Part shown: positions 19,803 through 29,942 of the stretch, one piece after another
Layout of the letters: each line of letters begins with the position of its first letter
Position numbering within the stretch: position 1 is the stretch's first letter
Source of the DNA: a virus
Reading direction: 5' to 3' (one strand)
IMG/VR virus record: IMGVR_UViG_3300037325_000203
DNA length: 64,000 bases
Made by a program: the position numbers and the translations under genes
Notes under the pieces: generated by a model
What the model was told of the DNA's origin: nothing
Seen by the model: only the letters and a program-made list of their open reading frames with translations
Database searches by the model: none

Positions 19803-20957
19803 TTAAATGTATGTATCATTTTTTACGTGCTTTACTATTTTATAGAATTTTACAAAATTCTCAAGAGTATATGTTTCGTGTGGTTGCCACGATAGTTGAG
19901 GTATCTTTTTTAGTTCTATGCTATTACCGGAAATAAATTTATTCTCCAATTCACACGTACCAAAGTTTTTACTATTTGTCCAACCTGGCATTAAGTATGG
20001 GAACCGAAGGACATATTGCCTGCCTGTCATATCCTCGAGTAAAATCTTACCCACATCTCTGTTTTCATAGATAAGAGGCAGCATGTCATTTGTTTCCTCT
20101 TTAGACATGTGCTCTAATGTAATACTAACGTTTTGCAGAGCAGAAGATGAGACTAACGATACGCTTGCTTTGTGCCAACTATTAGCTATATTAACTTCTT
20201 TAACAGGAGTAAAGTAAGAAATACCAGACAATATATCTGTATTCATTTCGTCAATAGACTCCTGGTTTCTTATAGCCACAGTAGCTTTGTCCAGGACTTT
20301 TAATATCTTAATATCCGAACCGTAATGGTAGCAGCCCGGAGATACTTTAATTATCTGTTTTCTGAGTGATTTGGTAGCTTTAAACTGTCCAGGAGTTCTG
20401 TAACTGTGCTGACTCATATTTCCGTACATAGAACATGTTCCCATGTATGTACCTATTAATTTATTTTGTAATAATACCTTATCACCGATTTGTACGTCAG
20501 TCATACTAACTTTATCCACCATTAGCGAGGTGTTTTGTACTATTGCTGCATAATCAGGTGATGTAACAGGCATAAGCGTCATAGTAGTTTTAGAATCTGT
20601 CCGAACCCACAGACACCTATCTTGTATAAGTCCCTCTGTTATTCCGGTAACCATTAGTATTTTTTCTAGGTTAGCGCTGGTTATTCTGCATACAAAACCA
20701 CGGGGGTCAATTACCACCCAAGTATGAGCCAATGGCCCGTTCCAATTATAACTCATTTCGTACAGAGTGAAGCCGGGTAATGGAAAATTAAGATGCTTTA
20801 CTAATTCCGTACAGCTAGCCTTCGCTTGGGCAATCTTATTTTGTTCGAAAGAAGTATTGCCATTTGGAAAAATTGTTGATTCCTTTAGTAAATTGTTCCC
20901 GGGTATGCAAGCAATACTACTTTTAGCTACGTAAATTTCTTGTGAGATATTAATCAT
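19803..20957 (-). CDS. Hypothetical phage protein
   Basis: 384-aa ORF with WVVIDPRGF. Confidence 0.6.
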   Translation of the reverse strand: MINISQEIYVAKSSIACIPGNNLLKESTIFPNGNTSFEQNKIAQAKASCTELVKHLNFPLPGFTLYEMSYNWNGPLAHTWVVIDPRGFVCRITSANLEKILMVTGITEGLIQDRCLWVRTDSKTTMTLMPVTSPDYAAIVQNTSLMVDKVSMTDVQIGDKVLLQNKLIGTYMGTCSMYGNMSQHSYRTPGQFKATKSLRKQIIKVSPGCYHYGSDIKILKVLDKATVAIRNQESIDEMNTDILSGISYFTPVKEVNIANSWHKASVSLVSSSALQNVSITLEHMSKEETNDMLPLIYENRDVGKILLEDMTGRQYVLRFPYLMPGWTNSKNFGTCELENKFISGNSIELKKIPQLSWQPHETYTLENFVKFYKIVKHVKNDTYI

Positions 20958-21162
20958 ACTTAAATATAATTCCCTTAAGTTTATTGATTTGTTCTTTTAC
21001 GATAAAATATGGGGAGATGAATTGATATTTTTCGGCTGAGTCAATGGATTCTTTTATTAGGTGATGGTAATTCTCATCTAGAATAACTGCATCGCTGATA
21101 GATGCAGCGTGTATAATAGATAGTCTCTGTTTTAGTCCGAAGTCGGTGTACATATTGACCAC
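20950..21162 (-). CDS. Hypothetical protein
   Basis: Coupled ORF. Confidence 0.45.
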   Translation of the reverse strand: MVNMYTDFGLKQRLSIIHAASISDAVILDENYHHLIKESIDSAEKYQFISPYFIVKEQINKLKGIIFKYD

Positions 21163-21384
21163 TCATACGAACTGAAGGCGAAACATCGTAGCATCACCCA
21201 AATCTTCAAATCCGAACTTATTTCCCCCCAGCATTGTCCACCTTCCTTCGAGATTATCGACACACCACATAACAATCCCTTTAGAAGCGATTTCGTGATA
21301 CGGGAGGTTAATGTGTGTGAAAGTCCACGAGGTGTTTTTCTCATAGACCAACCTATTCATCGGTATATATTTATTCTTGTCCAT
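21163..21384 (-). CDS. Small protein of the paralogous family
   Basis: WCVDNLEGRW...FGFEDLGDATMFRLQF. Confidence 0.65.
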   Translation of the reverse strand: MDKNKYIPMNRLVYEKNTSWTFTHINLPYHEIASKGIVMWCVDNLEGRWTMLGGNKFGFEDLGDATMFRLQFV

Positions 21385-21403
21385 AATATCTCTAGTAAGT
21401 CAT

Positions 21404-21432
21404 ATTGTAACAGGACTAAATTATTATGTCAA
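21404..21432 (-). promoter_or_regulatory. Sigma70-type promoter
   Basis: TTGACA-17-TACAAT. Confidence 0.75.
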
Positions 21433-21445
21433 TTTTGCATAGTGC

Positions 21446-22177
21446 TCAGGGCCGGAATGGTTTCCAGGTAGCCTTGGTCTGGGATAATCTTGTTGCAACA
21501 ATATACATAGATACAGGGTTATGACCCAATCCAAGATGGCTTGCATCCGGGACCTCCACATTTTCTATATACTCGCCTTCATCCTCCACAGAGCATTTCC
21601 AGTCTACTACCCCGTCCGATTTGCTATAAATGGATGTGAACGGCACTGGAGGTACAATGCTCAGTTGCTTGATAATTACGGGATCTCTGTGACTTTTGTC
21701 TTTACTAAGAAGCTCGTACAGAGCAGTGGCATTAGTACCGGATGAAACATCACCCTTAAAGGGTGTGCCTAAAGTTATTACTTGCCTCACCATGTGCGGA
21801 ACACGTTTTGCAACTTCTCTTGCATATATTCCTCCTAGTGACCATCCGATTAAACTTACAGGAGTATAGTCCGCTTTCTCATAGATAACTGTTAGATTGT
21901 TAACCAGCTGAGCTAACATATTGTCAAGTCCATGTCTAGGACCTAGGTTTCTGCCCATACCCCACGAATGTGATGTGTAGCCCAGGCTATCTATAAAGTG
22001 TCTGATACGATGGGTGGACCCATCGGCCGTGCCCAGTCCTGGTATTACCATAACCGGGTGGCCGTCTCCTTTGGGAGAAATATATTGTAAGGGTGTGTTT
22101 AACATCCACCCGATTGTATATTCGTACAAAGATCTTATGACTTCAACACTTAGCAATAATTTGGATGGCACACTCAT
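21446..22177 (-). CDS. Alpha/beta hydrolase (esterase/lipase)
   Basis: VIPG, GWSLGG nucleophile elbow, DGVV, SHLG. Confidence 0.9.
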   Translation of the reverse strand: MSVPSKLLLSVEVIRSLYEYTIGWMLNTPLQYISPKGDGHPVMVIPGLGTADGSTHRIRHFIDSLGYTSHSWGMGRNLGPRHGLDNMLAQLVNNLTVIYEKADYTPVSLIGWSLGGIYAREVAKRVPHMVRQVITLGTPFKGDVSSGTNATALYELLSKDKSHRDPVIIKQLSIVPPVPFTSIYSKSDGVVDWKCSVEDEGEYIENVEVPDASHLGLGHNPVSMYIVATRLSQTKATWKPFRP

Positions 22178-22189
22178 TTGTAAACCCCA

Positions 22190-22303
22190 TTAAAAAGACA
22201 CATTACCATTACAGCAGCCGTCTTGAAGTCCAAAACGAATAAACTTAGAATTCTCTTTCTTAGGAATATCTATTAATTTTTCTTTATCGGTAATATTTAT
22301 CAT
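22190..22303 (-). pseudogene. Truncated, frameshifted IscA/ErpA (HesB) relic
   Basis: [16 protein letters not shown], then shifted ENSKFIRFGLQDGCCNG, resembling the A-type carrier N-terminus (GGGCxG); start overlaps the clpP stop. Confidence 0.7.
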
Positions 22304-22896
22304 TTTCTTGTGTTAACTACTGTATCCGCAAGTCCATACTCTACGGCCTGAGGAGATGTGAGCCACGTATCTCTGTCCAGTAGCCTCACAAAGTCGTCGT
22401 AATTTTTTCCAGCAGTATTGTGCTTGACATACAATTCGGTCAATTCCCGTTTGATGCGGATACTTTCTAAGTAATCAATTTCCATGTCGGAAATCTTACC
22501 ACGTGTGCCCGAAGACGGCTGATGAATCATAGTCATTGCATGCGGGAGAATATATCTGTGTCCTGGTTCTCCGGCTTGTGCTATAAATGATCCCATACTA
22601 GCGGCCCAGCCAGTTACATAAGTATGTACTGGAGATTTGATGTACTGCATGACATCATATACAGCCAAGCCGTCATAAACAGAGCCGCCAGGGGACTTTA
22701 TATATATACTAATTGGTTCTTCCGGATTTTCTGCCTCTAGAAACAGCAACTGGGCAACAATAATCTCAGTCATTCTTTCATCGACTAGTCCGGTAAAGAA
22801 AATAACTCTTTCCTTCATCAGCCGGGAGTAAAGGTCGTATGATCGCTCGCCCCTTGATGTCTGTTCCACTACCATTGGTATTAAATTACTTTGCAT
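22300..22896 (-). CDS. clpP: ClpP protease
   Basis: [29 protein letters not shown] (Ser), MIHQP (His), DRD. Confidence 0.96.
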   Translation of the reverse strand: MQSNLIPMVVEQTSRGERSYDLYSRLMKERVIFFTGLVDERMTEIIVAQLLFLEAENPEEPISIYIKSPGGSVYDGLAVYDVMQYIKSPVHTYVTGWAASMGSFIAQAGEPGHRYILPHAMTMIHQPSSGTRGKISDMEIDYLESIRIKRELTELYVKHNTAGKNYDDFVRLLDRDTWLTSPQAVEYGLADTVVNTRK

Positions 22897-22904
22897 TCTT
22901 TTCC

Positions 22905-23471
22905 TTAGATGATTTTTGTCGATATTCCTAATTTCACAGAATCTTCGGCTGTTATATACTGATCTGTATTAACAAGTCGGCGATTCTTGAATCTCGTTTC
23001 AGTTAAATTTGCCCTGGTGCGAAATATTTCATCTGTGTAGTTTTCTATCTCAGTGAGTCGCCGCTCGGCATTATGTAACTGTCCCTGGATAGTATACACT
23101 TCCGACAGGGTTAAAGTCAAATCCGATACATTACGTATGTATGACTTCATAAAGCCATACATACCCCAGAGAGTCCAGCTAGTAGGATGTATCATGAAAC
23201 TTGTATAAGTGTTAGCTAATCTTGTGTCTGCTGCTAAAAATATAATCACAGCAGAGCTCATACATTTATAGCCACTTATAGCAGTTGTCCTATGTCTGAA
23301 ATCATCGAGTAAATTGTATATAGCATAGGCCTGATCGGGATCGCCTCCGTCTGAGTCTATGTGTATTTCTAGGTATGCCATTTCGTCACTTTTCAAGACA
23401 CGTATTGCGTCTTGGAATGGCCCTAAGTGTCCGGAATTTATACTACCTACAATTTTAACGACATGTTTCAT
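22905..23471 (-). CDS. Divergent ClpP-like peptidase
   Basis: [27 protein letters not shown]. Confidence 0.8.
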   Translation of the reverse strand: MKHVVKIVGSINSGHLGPFQDAIRVLKSDEMAYLEIHIDSDGGDPDQAYAIYNLLDDFRHRTTAISGYKCMSSAVIIFLAADTRLANTYTSFMIHPTSWTLWGMYGFMKSYIRNVSDLTLTLSEVYTIQGQLHNAERRLTEIENYTDEIFRTRANLTETRFKNRRLVNTDQYITAEDSVKLGISTKII

Positions 23472-23518
23472 GTTTATCTTCTTAAATGTATATTTATTAT
23501 TTTTAGATAAATATACTT

Positions 23519-23899
23519 ATGAAATTAAAAGACATTATTAAAGAAAGTGCTACGGACATTGTTGCTCGTTTTTATAAAGAATCGAGTGAGGATTCGGAAA
23601 GACTTTACAATTCAGAAAATATGAAGTACAAAGATAAGAATAAAAAATACTACGATAGCCACTTCGAGAGTTGGTTTGCAGAGGGAATAACTCCTGTATT
23701 TTTAAAGCCACATCATAAACCTCAACCCGAATATACAGTTCAGCCTAAGGAAGATAAGCTTCAGTCTCCCGGATATAGGGGTTTACATTATGCATTGGCA
23801 GCTGCTGGTCTTCCGTACAATAAAGATGTTCAGGCATATAAAGTAGACCCTGCTCGAGTGCTGTCTACACAGTCGATGAGTGGTGCAAAAAACAATTAA
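23519..23899 (+). CDS. Hypothetical late protein
   Basis: MKLKDIIKE start 5 nt after GATAAATA. Confidence 0.65.
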   Translation: MKLKDIIKESATDIVARFYKESSEDSERLYNSENMKYKDKNKKYYDSHFESWFAEGITPVFLKPHHKPQPEYTVQPKEDKLQSPGYRGLHYALAAAGLPYNKDVQAYKVDPARVLSTQSMSGAKNN

Positions 23900-23901
23900 G
23901 G

Positions 23902-24159
23902 TTAATAGAAACTTCTTAATTTTACGCAAACTAAGTTCTCCAAGTCGTCATCAGACAGTTGGACTATGTTAATTTGCTCTGCGTCAAAGTGTGAATAAGC
24001 ACGTCTAATTCGTTCTATTCGCTTGGATTGTTCTTTCCAACTATCTAATAAAATATTAGAGCAGGATTTAAGTTTTTTAAATCCGCCGATTGGTCTCTTT
24101 AATGCATCGCCACAGTAGAAGGTATCATCTGATCGCATAATTGCGTACTTTATGCACAT
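23902..24159 (-). CDS. Hypothetical protein
   Basis: ORF. Confidence 0.45.
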   Translation of the reverse strand: MCIKYAIMRSDDTFYCGDALKRPIGGFKKLKSCSNILLDSWKEQSKRIERIRRAYSHFDAEQINIVQLSDDDLENLVCVKLRSFY

Positions 24160-24362
24160 AGTATATTAAATATACATTGTTCTAGTTCCTCAGTCAAGAA
24201 CTTGTGAACTACCAACGTAAAGTTGTGATGGTCTATGATTAATTTCCGTAACATAGTGTTTATGTCATGCTGGTAAGTCTTGATTGCTGGATTTATTATA
24301 CTTTGCATTGGCAGAAAATATGTACTCCGCTTACCTCGCAAAGTACGCAATGATGACAACCA

Positions 24363-25142
24363 TCAATCGATACCCATGGCCTTATGAATACTCATTGCAA
24401 GATCGGGGTCGTAGTTGTCTGCTTCTTCGTTAAACCAATCGGTATTGCGCATGGCCCACTGCCAGTAACTCACTGGCACTACATCCATCTTTTCATTTTT
24501 GTGCTTTCCAAACGGCATGCGATCATAAATGATCGGTGACGCGGCCCATTCTGCAATTTGCGGGCCATATGGCGTATTTTTATCCAGCAAATTTATTTCT
24601 TCCATGTAGCTTACAAGAGCTTCGAGCAATTTACCTGTAATATATGAATCGGTTCCGGCACGGTGGCAGTGTAATTCAATAGGAACATTTAGCTCTAATG
24701 CAAATCTAAGATAGGGTAGATTTGTTTCGGAAATTGCTTCTATACCATTAAATATCTTCTTGGCCATACGCCACGTACAGATCCACGTGTGGTTGCTAGT
24801 ATCGATTCCGTGATTTCCCAGAACACGCATATCATAGAAATGATTATGTGCTACGAGATATCCATTTGAGTATCCATTCACTACATCTTGAAATATATTA
24901 CATGAGTCGACAAAGGACTCCTTGCATTCCACCATTGAATTTGTTATGTAGCAAATGGACTCCACTTTTGGCGGAATCGGTGTAGACGGCTTGTGTAATT
25001 CTTGAAATATTGTCCAGTCGTCTTTTTCTCGAATTACAAACCCAGATTCTATAATTTCTGCAATATGGTATTTGTCAGATGTTGTCTCGGTGTCGAGTAC
25101 TAAACACTGTTGTAAAAAATATTCTTTGTGATTATCACTCAT
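24363..25142 (-). CDS. DnaQ/exonuclease X-like 3'-5' exonuclease
   Basis: LDTETT, VAHN..YD, HRA..D (DEDDh) and a C-terminal MPFGKHK domain. Confidence 0.9.
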   Translation of the reverse strand: MSDNHKEYFLQQCLVLDTETTSDKYHIAEIIESGFVIREKDDWTIFQELHKPSTPIPPKVESICYITNSMVECKESFVDSCNIFQDVVNGYSNGYLVAHNHFYDMRVLGNHGIDTSNHTWICTWRMAKKIFNGIEAISETNLPYLRFALELNVPIELHCHRAGTDSYITGKLLEALVSYMEEINLLDKNTPYGPQIAEWAASPIIYDRMPFGKHKNEKMDVVPVSYWQWAMRNTDWFNEEADNYDPDLAMSIHKAMGID

Positions 25143-25164
25143 AGTAAACTCTCCAGTAACTTAA

Positions 25165-25193
25165 ATTATAACAATTACTTACCGAAGAGTCAA
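25165..25193 (-). promoter_or_regulatory. Sigma70-type promoter
   Basis: TTGACT-17-TATAAT. Confidence 0.8.
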
Positions 25194-25215
25194 GATTCTC
25201 GTATAGAAAAGTAGT

Positions 25216-25311
25216 TCAGTGATTAGAAAAGGGTTGTCCTGCTTCTTTGTAATATCCGGGATCCTCCGGATACACCGGATAATGATTCGGATCGGAAACT
25301 GTGTCTGCCAT
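25216..25311 (-). CDS. 31-aa microprotein not in the ORF track
   Basis: MADTVSDPNHYPVYPEDPGYYKEAGQPFSNH*; ATG overlaps the upstream TAA (TAATG). Confidence 0.55.
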   Translation of the reverse strand: MADTVSDPNHYPVYPEDPGYYKEAGQPFSNH

Positions 25312-25694
25312 TAAAACTCTGCAGAAGCGAGAGAACTTCTTATTGCTCTTGCTACATCACTTACCAATTCGCTTGCATCGTACTGGCCTTCGTACTGCAC
25401 AAAATCCGTAATAGCATTTCCTACAGCTCTGTGTCCTGCTTTTGCAATTAGATTCGGATACCGATTTTCTAGTTCGTTGTAAATCTCGTCAGCAAACGGA
25501 TTGTCGTCTGCGTCGGACTCTTTCACAGACTTTTTAGCATCATTGTCGAACTGTTTGTTAGTGGCTTTGACAATTCCGCTAAATCTTTTGTTAGCCCGTG
25601 CTGTGTTCCCGGCCTTGTCGGCTGCGCTGGCATCCTTGCCCGCTGCAGACTTATAGTCTGCAAGTTTACTTGTGGAAATTTCGTTCAGTCTCAT
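25311..25694 (-). CDS. Putative internal head protein
   Basis: Probable start MRLNEIST; modular Glu-delimited content. Confidence 0.55.
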   Translation of the reverse strand: MRLNEISTSKLADYKSAAGKDASAADKAGNTARANKRFSGIVKATNKQFDNDAKKSVKESDADDNPFADEIYNELENRYPNLIAKAGHRAVGNAITDFVQYEGQYDASELVSDVARAIRSSLASAEF

Positions 25695-25695
25695 G

Positions 25696-27078
25696 TTAAC
25701 GACCATATCCTGCCATGTTACCTAGACTAGCGAATCTTTTCATCCAGCTTATTACGTCTGCATCTGCATCTGCACTCTCCTGAACTTCCTCTTTATTGGC
25801 CTCCATCTTATGTGACTTGCCGGGCATCATTGAGCCATCGGGCATCTTGTGACTGTCACTGCTGCCTGCCTCCATCTTGTGTGACTTGCCGGGCATCATT
25901 GAGCCATCGGGCATCTTGTGACTGTCACTGCTGCCTGCCTTCATGGATTCGTTCTTGCTATCCTTATTATCAGCAATCGCTTTCTTCATGGATTCTTTCT
26001 TGTTACCATCTTTGTCCATATCTAGAAAATCTGGCTTTGCTTCGGTCATTTTAGCCCCGGCCATAAGGACTGGCGCTACTGACTCTTTAAGCATATCATA
26101 TTTCTTTAGTGAGCTGAGCATTGCTGCCACGTCTTTGTCGATGTTTTCCATAACTAGTCCTTTATTTGTTGATGGGTTCACTTTTTCTACAACTGGGATC
26201 TGATCCCATTCTTCGGGCAAAGTTCTGACTGAATACTCTTGACCCATAACTTCTTTGTATATCTCCTTAAGCTTACCGGCATTTACAGATGGGTTGCTCA
26301 GATCATCTTCCATGTATGTATCAGAGGACTTACTTAGTCCGATTTGCTGCATATACATGATGCTAGATATCATTTCTTCTGCGTCTTCTGGATCTAGGCT
26401 TTCCATGTCTGCCATGGCTTGCCTTTGTGCCATAGGATCTGCATCATAGTCAGGTTCTTCCATGTCATCGAACCCCAACGATTGCGGATTTTCTTCTTCC
26501 TGATATCCGAAATTGTCCTGGGAATATCGTCCGGCCTTACCGTAGGCATCATTGCCTTGCGTGTCGGGCAAATTAGTATAGTCCACCTCTTCTTCGCCTA
26601 AATTATCATGTCCGTACGTTAGCGGCGAGTCAGACTTGTCAGCGTCTGAAGGCACAAATTTTTGCACGATTTTACCTAATTGCATGCCCCTGCCGTCCCG
26701 TCCTTTAGCTGTCGGTGTTGATCCAGCTATGTCCATGTCGTCTTCTCCCACATATGCAGATGGTGCCATTGCTACAGCTCCTGCGCCTGTTCCGCCCGAG
26801 GATCCATCTTCCATTCCTACGGACCTGATGTCAGATCCATTATCATTTGACGGTGTAACTTCTGGAAAACACTGCTCGCAGTCCCAGTTACTGCATCCAC
26901 CGCACCCATTGTGGTCTCCGAGTCCAGGCTGGTCGAAGACTAGAGTAACTCCGGTAAGCGCTTCTTCTACCGTACCCATCCATTTTGAAAATTCATCTCT
27001 ATGATCCATCTCTGGCTCCTTTTTCCCAGAGATGCCCTCGGGCATCTCGACTGTTACATTGTTTAATCTAGATGACAT
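25696..27078 (-). CDS. Acidic low-complexity putative head protein, 5' end apparently degraded
   Basis: CxxC pairs, EF-hand-like DMDKDGN, His/Met repeat. Confidence 0.6.
   Translation of the reverse strand: MSSRLNNVTVEMPEGISGKKEPEMDHRDEFSKWMGTVEEALTGVTLVFDQPGLGDHNGCGGCSNWDCEQCFPEVTPSNDNGSDIRSVGMEDGSSGGTGAGAVAMAPSAYVGEDDMDIAGSTPTAKGRDGRGMQLGKIVQKFVPSDADKSDSPLTYGHDNLGEEEVDYTNLPDTQGNDAYGKAGRYSQDNFGYQEEENPQSLGFDDMEEPDYDADPMAQRQAMADMESLDPEDAEEMISSIMYMQQIGLSKSSDTYMEDDLSNPSVNAGKLKEIYKEVMGQEYSVRTLPEEWDQIPVVEKVNPSTNKGLVMENIDKDVAAMLSSLKKYDMLKESVAPVLMAGAKMTEAKPDFLDMDKDGNKKESMKKAIADNKDSKNESMKAGSSDSHKMPDGSMMPGKSHKMEAGSSDSHKMPDGSMMPGKSHKMEANKEEVQESADADADVISWMKRFASLGNMAGYGR
25799..25940. repeat. Near-perfect 69-bp tandem duplication (23 aa)
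   Basis: AGSSDSHKMPDGSMMPGKSHKME repeated twice. Confidence 0.95.
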
Positions 27079-27255
27079 GCATCATCGGAGGCAAATTCCC
27101 CTACAATTCCATTAATGTCTATAAGTGAGTTACCATTTTAGACATATCCCTCAAAACTTCCAGCGACGTCGCTGGCTCGTGTGTCGGTCATAACTGTGTC
27201 ATCCCAGAGGTATTAAACTCTCCGTAATCCTTAACCATTTTCTTATATCTGACAT
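27079..27255 (-). pseudogene. Disrupted N-terminal segment of the 25696-27078 gene
   Basis: GATAAATA and SD precede MSDIRKWLRITES; a shifted frame reads DDTVMTD...FEGYV*NGNSLIDINGIVGEF. Confidence 0.5.
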
Positions 27256-27307
27256 TAGCACCCATTAATCACTATACTTATTTATCAACAAAGTAAATCT
27301 TTTAGTC

Positions 27308-27339
27308 AATAAGAAAGGACCCGAAGGTCCTTTCTTATT
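27308..27339 (-). terminator. Intrinsic terminator with cUUCGg loop
   Basis: 14-bp perfect inverted repeat AATAAGAAAGGACC/GGTCCTTTCTTATT. Confidence 0.9.
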
Positions 27340-27504
27340 TAGAATTATTGTTATAATCTGTAGATTTTATATTCTTCTTCGAATGCTATGTTAGCCTTGC
27401 TCGCTTCAAGCTGATACTCGCCTGGTATGTTACTGCATTGTGCTATTAAACCTGACCCACAAATCACAACAATAAAAATAGAAGCAAAGCATATCTATCG
27501 GACA

Positions 27505-27762
27505 TTATAGCGCCTCCGTAGAATATATATGCGACATTATGACATACTTGCGTCTTTTCCAGTCAAGCGTCTCAGCATCGCGAATACGTCGAGATACACA
27601 TCCAACAGACAGTGTGCCAGGGAATACTTTCTCTGCAATCTGCTTTGTCGGGCCGCATGGTAATTTCCAATAGTAAGTCAGATTATACTTTTCCCCCGGC
27701 TCATACACCCTAGAGATCGTGATCGTCTTGCCACCAGGCGACACAATACTAGAAAATTTCAT
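27505..27762 (-). CDS. Hypothetical protein
   Basis: Coupled to the ligase stop. Confidence 0.45.
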   Translation of the reverse strand: MKFSSIVSPGGKTITISRVYEPGEKYNLTYYWKLPCGPTKQIAEKVFPGTLSVGCVSRRIRDAETLDWKRRKYVIMSHIYSTEAL

Positions 27763-29084
27763 TTAATTTCGCCCGAAGAGTTTGCGACCAACTTGTCATA
27801 ACGTCGTTCGGCGAACCGCGGCAAGAACAAGCTATCGACATCTTCTCGGTCTTTACCTTGGCTGGTAATACGCTCATTGTACAGAACTGCAACTATAGAG
27901 CCCATCCAGCTGTCGATATCTCTTGTAATTTCAGCTCTAAGGTCGTCCGAGAAACCACTAATAGAAGTTACAACTTTCCTGTCAGAACTAGCAGTGATCA
28001 AACTTCCCACCATATTAGTAAACTTACCGGTGCCGGGGTTCCAACCGATAATTTCTAGATCGGCATCTTTTTCTGCTTTGAATTTAACTAGGTGTTTGCT
28101 GCGCGTGTCTTCCCACAGACCAATATAATTTTTAAGAATGGTTCCTTCTTCGCCGGCTTCGAGCATTTCCTGGAAGTGTGTGACTGCTTCAGGAAGACTT
28201 GCTACTTCCTTGCTGGGAATGATCCAATATTTCGCAGGCTTTTCGATTTGTGCAGTTGCTGCAATTGCGTTAGATACTTTTTTGAATCGCTCTTTATACT
28301 TCTCGGATGACTTACCAATAATAAATTCTGACAATGGAATAACATCCCAGAGTTGTGCTCGTACCATCTTGGCTTCTGCTGGACTAATTGTGCCTTTAAT
28401 TGCCTTGTTGATAATACCGTTGCCTACTTTCCTAGACAACAACTTACCATCCTTATCTACTACAACTAATTCTCCATCGAACACAACAGGCACGGCAAAC
28501 TGGGCGCCTAGATCTCGGATGTCTGTGTCCATCTCTCCCAGAAGATAGACACTACGACCACTGCGACCGCAGATCGAAACCGTTGTACCAGATACGTGAA
28601 AGTTAACACGGATACCATCGGCTTTTAGCTGACTAAGAGCAGGATAGGTGATGTTGTTAATGTTTTTTGCATCATATGGACGTGCAAGCAAGCACGGGTA
28701 AGTGGGAATGAATCCATCGATTACCGAGTTAACTGTACCATCCGCTGCGCCGCATCGTAGATCTTTACCAATGATCCTGCCAACAACAATAGCATCATCG
28801 AGGGAAACACCAGACAAAATACTACGAAGATGCTCAATACCTGCGTGACCGGTGAGTTGTCTATTCGACAACTTCTCAAGTTCAGCCAGCGCCCAGTCGA
28901 GTGTTTTTCCGCCTTTTGGATCATAATCTGGAATTTGCCTAATATAGAAGTTAATGTAGGGATCGAGTGCTAGAGTAAGCACTCGCTTAAATAACTCATT
29001 ATCTTGATACTTCCTAATAACGGTAAGTTTGTGACTGCGCTTTGAGTCTGCACCAATCTCTTCGAGAATTTGTAACACTGTCAT
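27759..29084 (-). CDS. ATP-dependent DNA ligase (T4 gp30-like)
   Basis: KADGIR, FDGEL, EGTILK, VKFK, LFLPRF. Confidence 0.95.
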   Translation of the reverse strand: MTVLQILEEIGADSKRSHKLTVIRKYQDNELFKRVLTLALDPYINFYIRQIPDYDPKGGKTLDWALAELEKLSNRQLTGHAGIEHLRSILSGVSLDDAIVVGRIIGKDLRCGAADGTVNSVIDGFIPTYPCLLARPYDAKNINNITYPALSQLKADGIRVNFHVSGTTVSICGRSGRSVYLLGEMDTDIRDLGAQFAVPVVFDGELVVVDKDGKLLSRKVGNGIINKAIKGTISPAEAKMVRAQLWDVIPLSEFIIGKSSEKYKERFKKVSNAIAATAQIEKPAKYWIIPSKEVASLPEAVTHFQEMLEAGEEGTILKNYIGLWEDTRSKHLVKFKAEKDADLEIIGWNPGTGKFTNMVGSLITASSDRKVVTSISGFSDDLRAEITRDIDSWMGSIVAVLYNERITSQGKDREDVDSLFLPRFAERRYDKLVANSSGEIK

Positions 29085-29106
29085 GTATTTCCTTAAGCTA
29101 TAATAT

Positions 29107-29134
29107 ATTATAGCATAGGCACGATATAAGTCAA
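29107..29134 (-). promoter_or_regulatory. Sigma70-type promoter of the ligase gene
   Basis: TTGACT-16-TATAAT with TG extension. Confidence 0.75.
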
Positions 29135-29140
29135 TCGGTA

Positions 29141-29779
29141 TTAGTCGTTATTATATCCAAGCAACTGAATTAAACTTAGGAAGATATTATAAAAGCTTAC
29201 ATACAGAGTTACTGCTGCCAATACATAATTGGTTTCGCCCCCATTCACAATGCTGCTGACCTGCCAAAGAATTAATCCGCCAGACAGCATAATAAATGCT
29301 GCCGAAACAAGAAGACTTAGTGCGGTAATCTTGAAAAATAATGCTGCAAGGCCGGCAACAAACGCAACTAAAATGCCAATAGTTAAGAAACCACCCATAA
29401 AGGAGAAATCTTTTCCGCTAATTACGGCATAAGCACTAAGCCCTACTAACATAATGGATGCCATAATGAATGCATTAATTATTACCATGGGGCTTACTGA
29501 TGCCACGATTGAGATAATGGGGCCGGCCGTGAGACCTAGCCATCCAGTTAGTACAAAGCTAAACACTAACCCTAACCCATTGTTTGCATTAATGTTTAAC
29601 ATCACAAGAATTGCAATATAAACTCCTAGCGTAACCCATATACTTAGTGGCGACATCGCAAGTGCAATAGCAGTAAAGGCAGTCAGCGCACTAAAAGCCA
29701 TTGTAAGTGCCAACAATAAGAACGTATTCTTTAATACTTTATTCTCATGTGGTGTTACTTTACTAAAAAGCGATTCCAT
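29141..29779 (-). CDS. Bax inhibitor-1/YccA family membrane protein
   Basis: About 7 TM segments, KDFSFMGGFL, GGETNYVLAAVTLYVSFYNIF. Confidence 0.93.
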   Translation of the reverse strand: MESLFSKVTPHENKVLKNTFLLLALTMAFSALTAFTAIALAMSPLSIWVTLGVYIAILVMLNINANNGLGLVFSFVLTGWLGLTAGPIISIVASVSPMVIINAFIMASIMLVGLSAYAVISGKDFSFMGGFLTIGILVAFVAGLAALFFKITALSLLVSAAFIMLSGGLILWQVSSIVNGGETNYVLAAVTLYVSFYNIFLSLIQLLGYNND

Positions 29780-29942
29780 TTTTTAATTCCTTTTCAATAA
29801 TATATGTTGCCATTTCCGGAAAGTAAACATCGTAAATTCTGTTATAGTGCATTTCGCAATATGATTTACTATAGATAGCCGGACGAATACATTTTTCACC
29901 TTCTCCTATCCATAAGCAATATTGCTGCTTTTCTTCATTCAT
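29763..29942 (-). CDS. Small Cys/His zinc-binding protein
   Basis: CLWIGEG..C...SYCEMH; likely start MNEEK with GAGG SD. Confidence 0.55.
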   Translation of the reverse strand: MNEEKQQYCLWIGEGEKCIRPAIYSKSYCEMHYNRIYDVYFPEMATYIIEKELKNGIAF

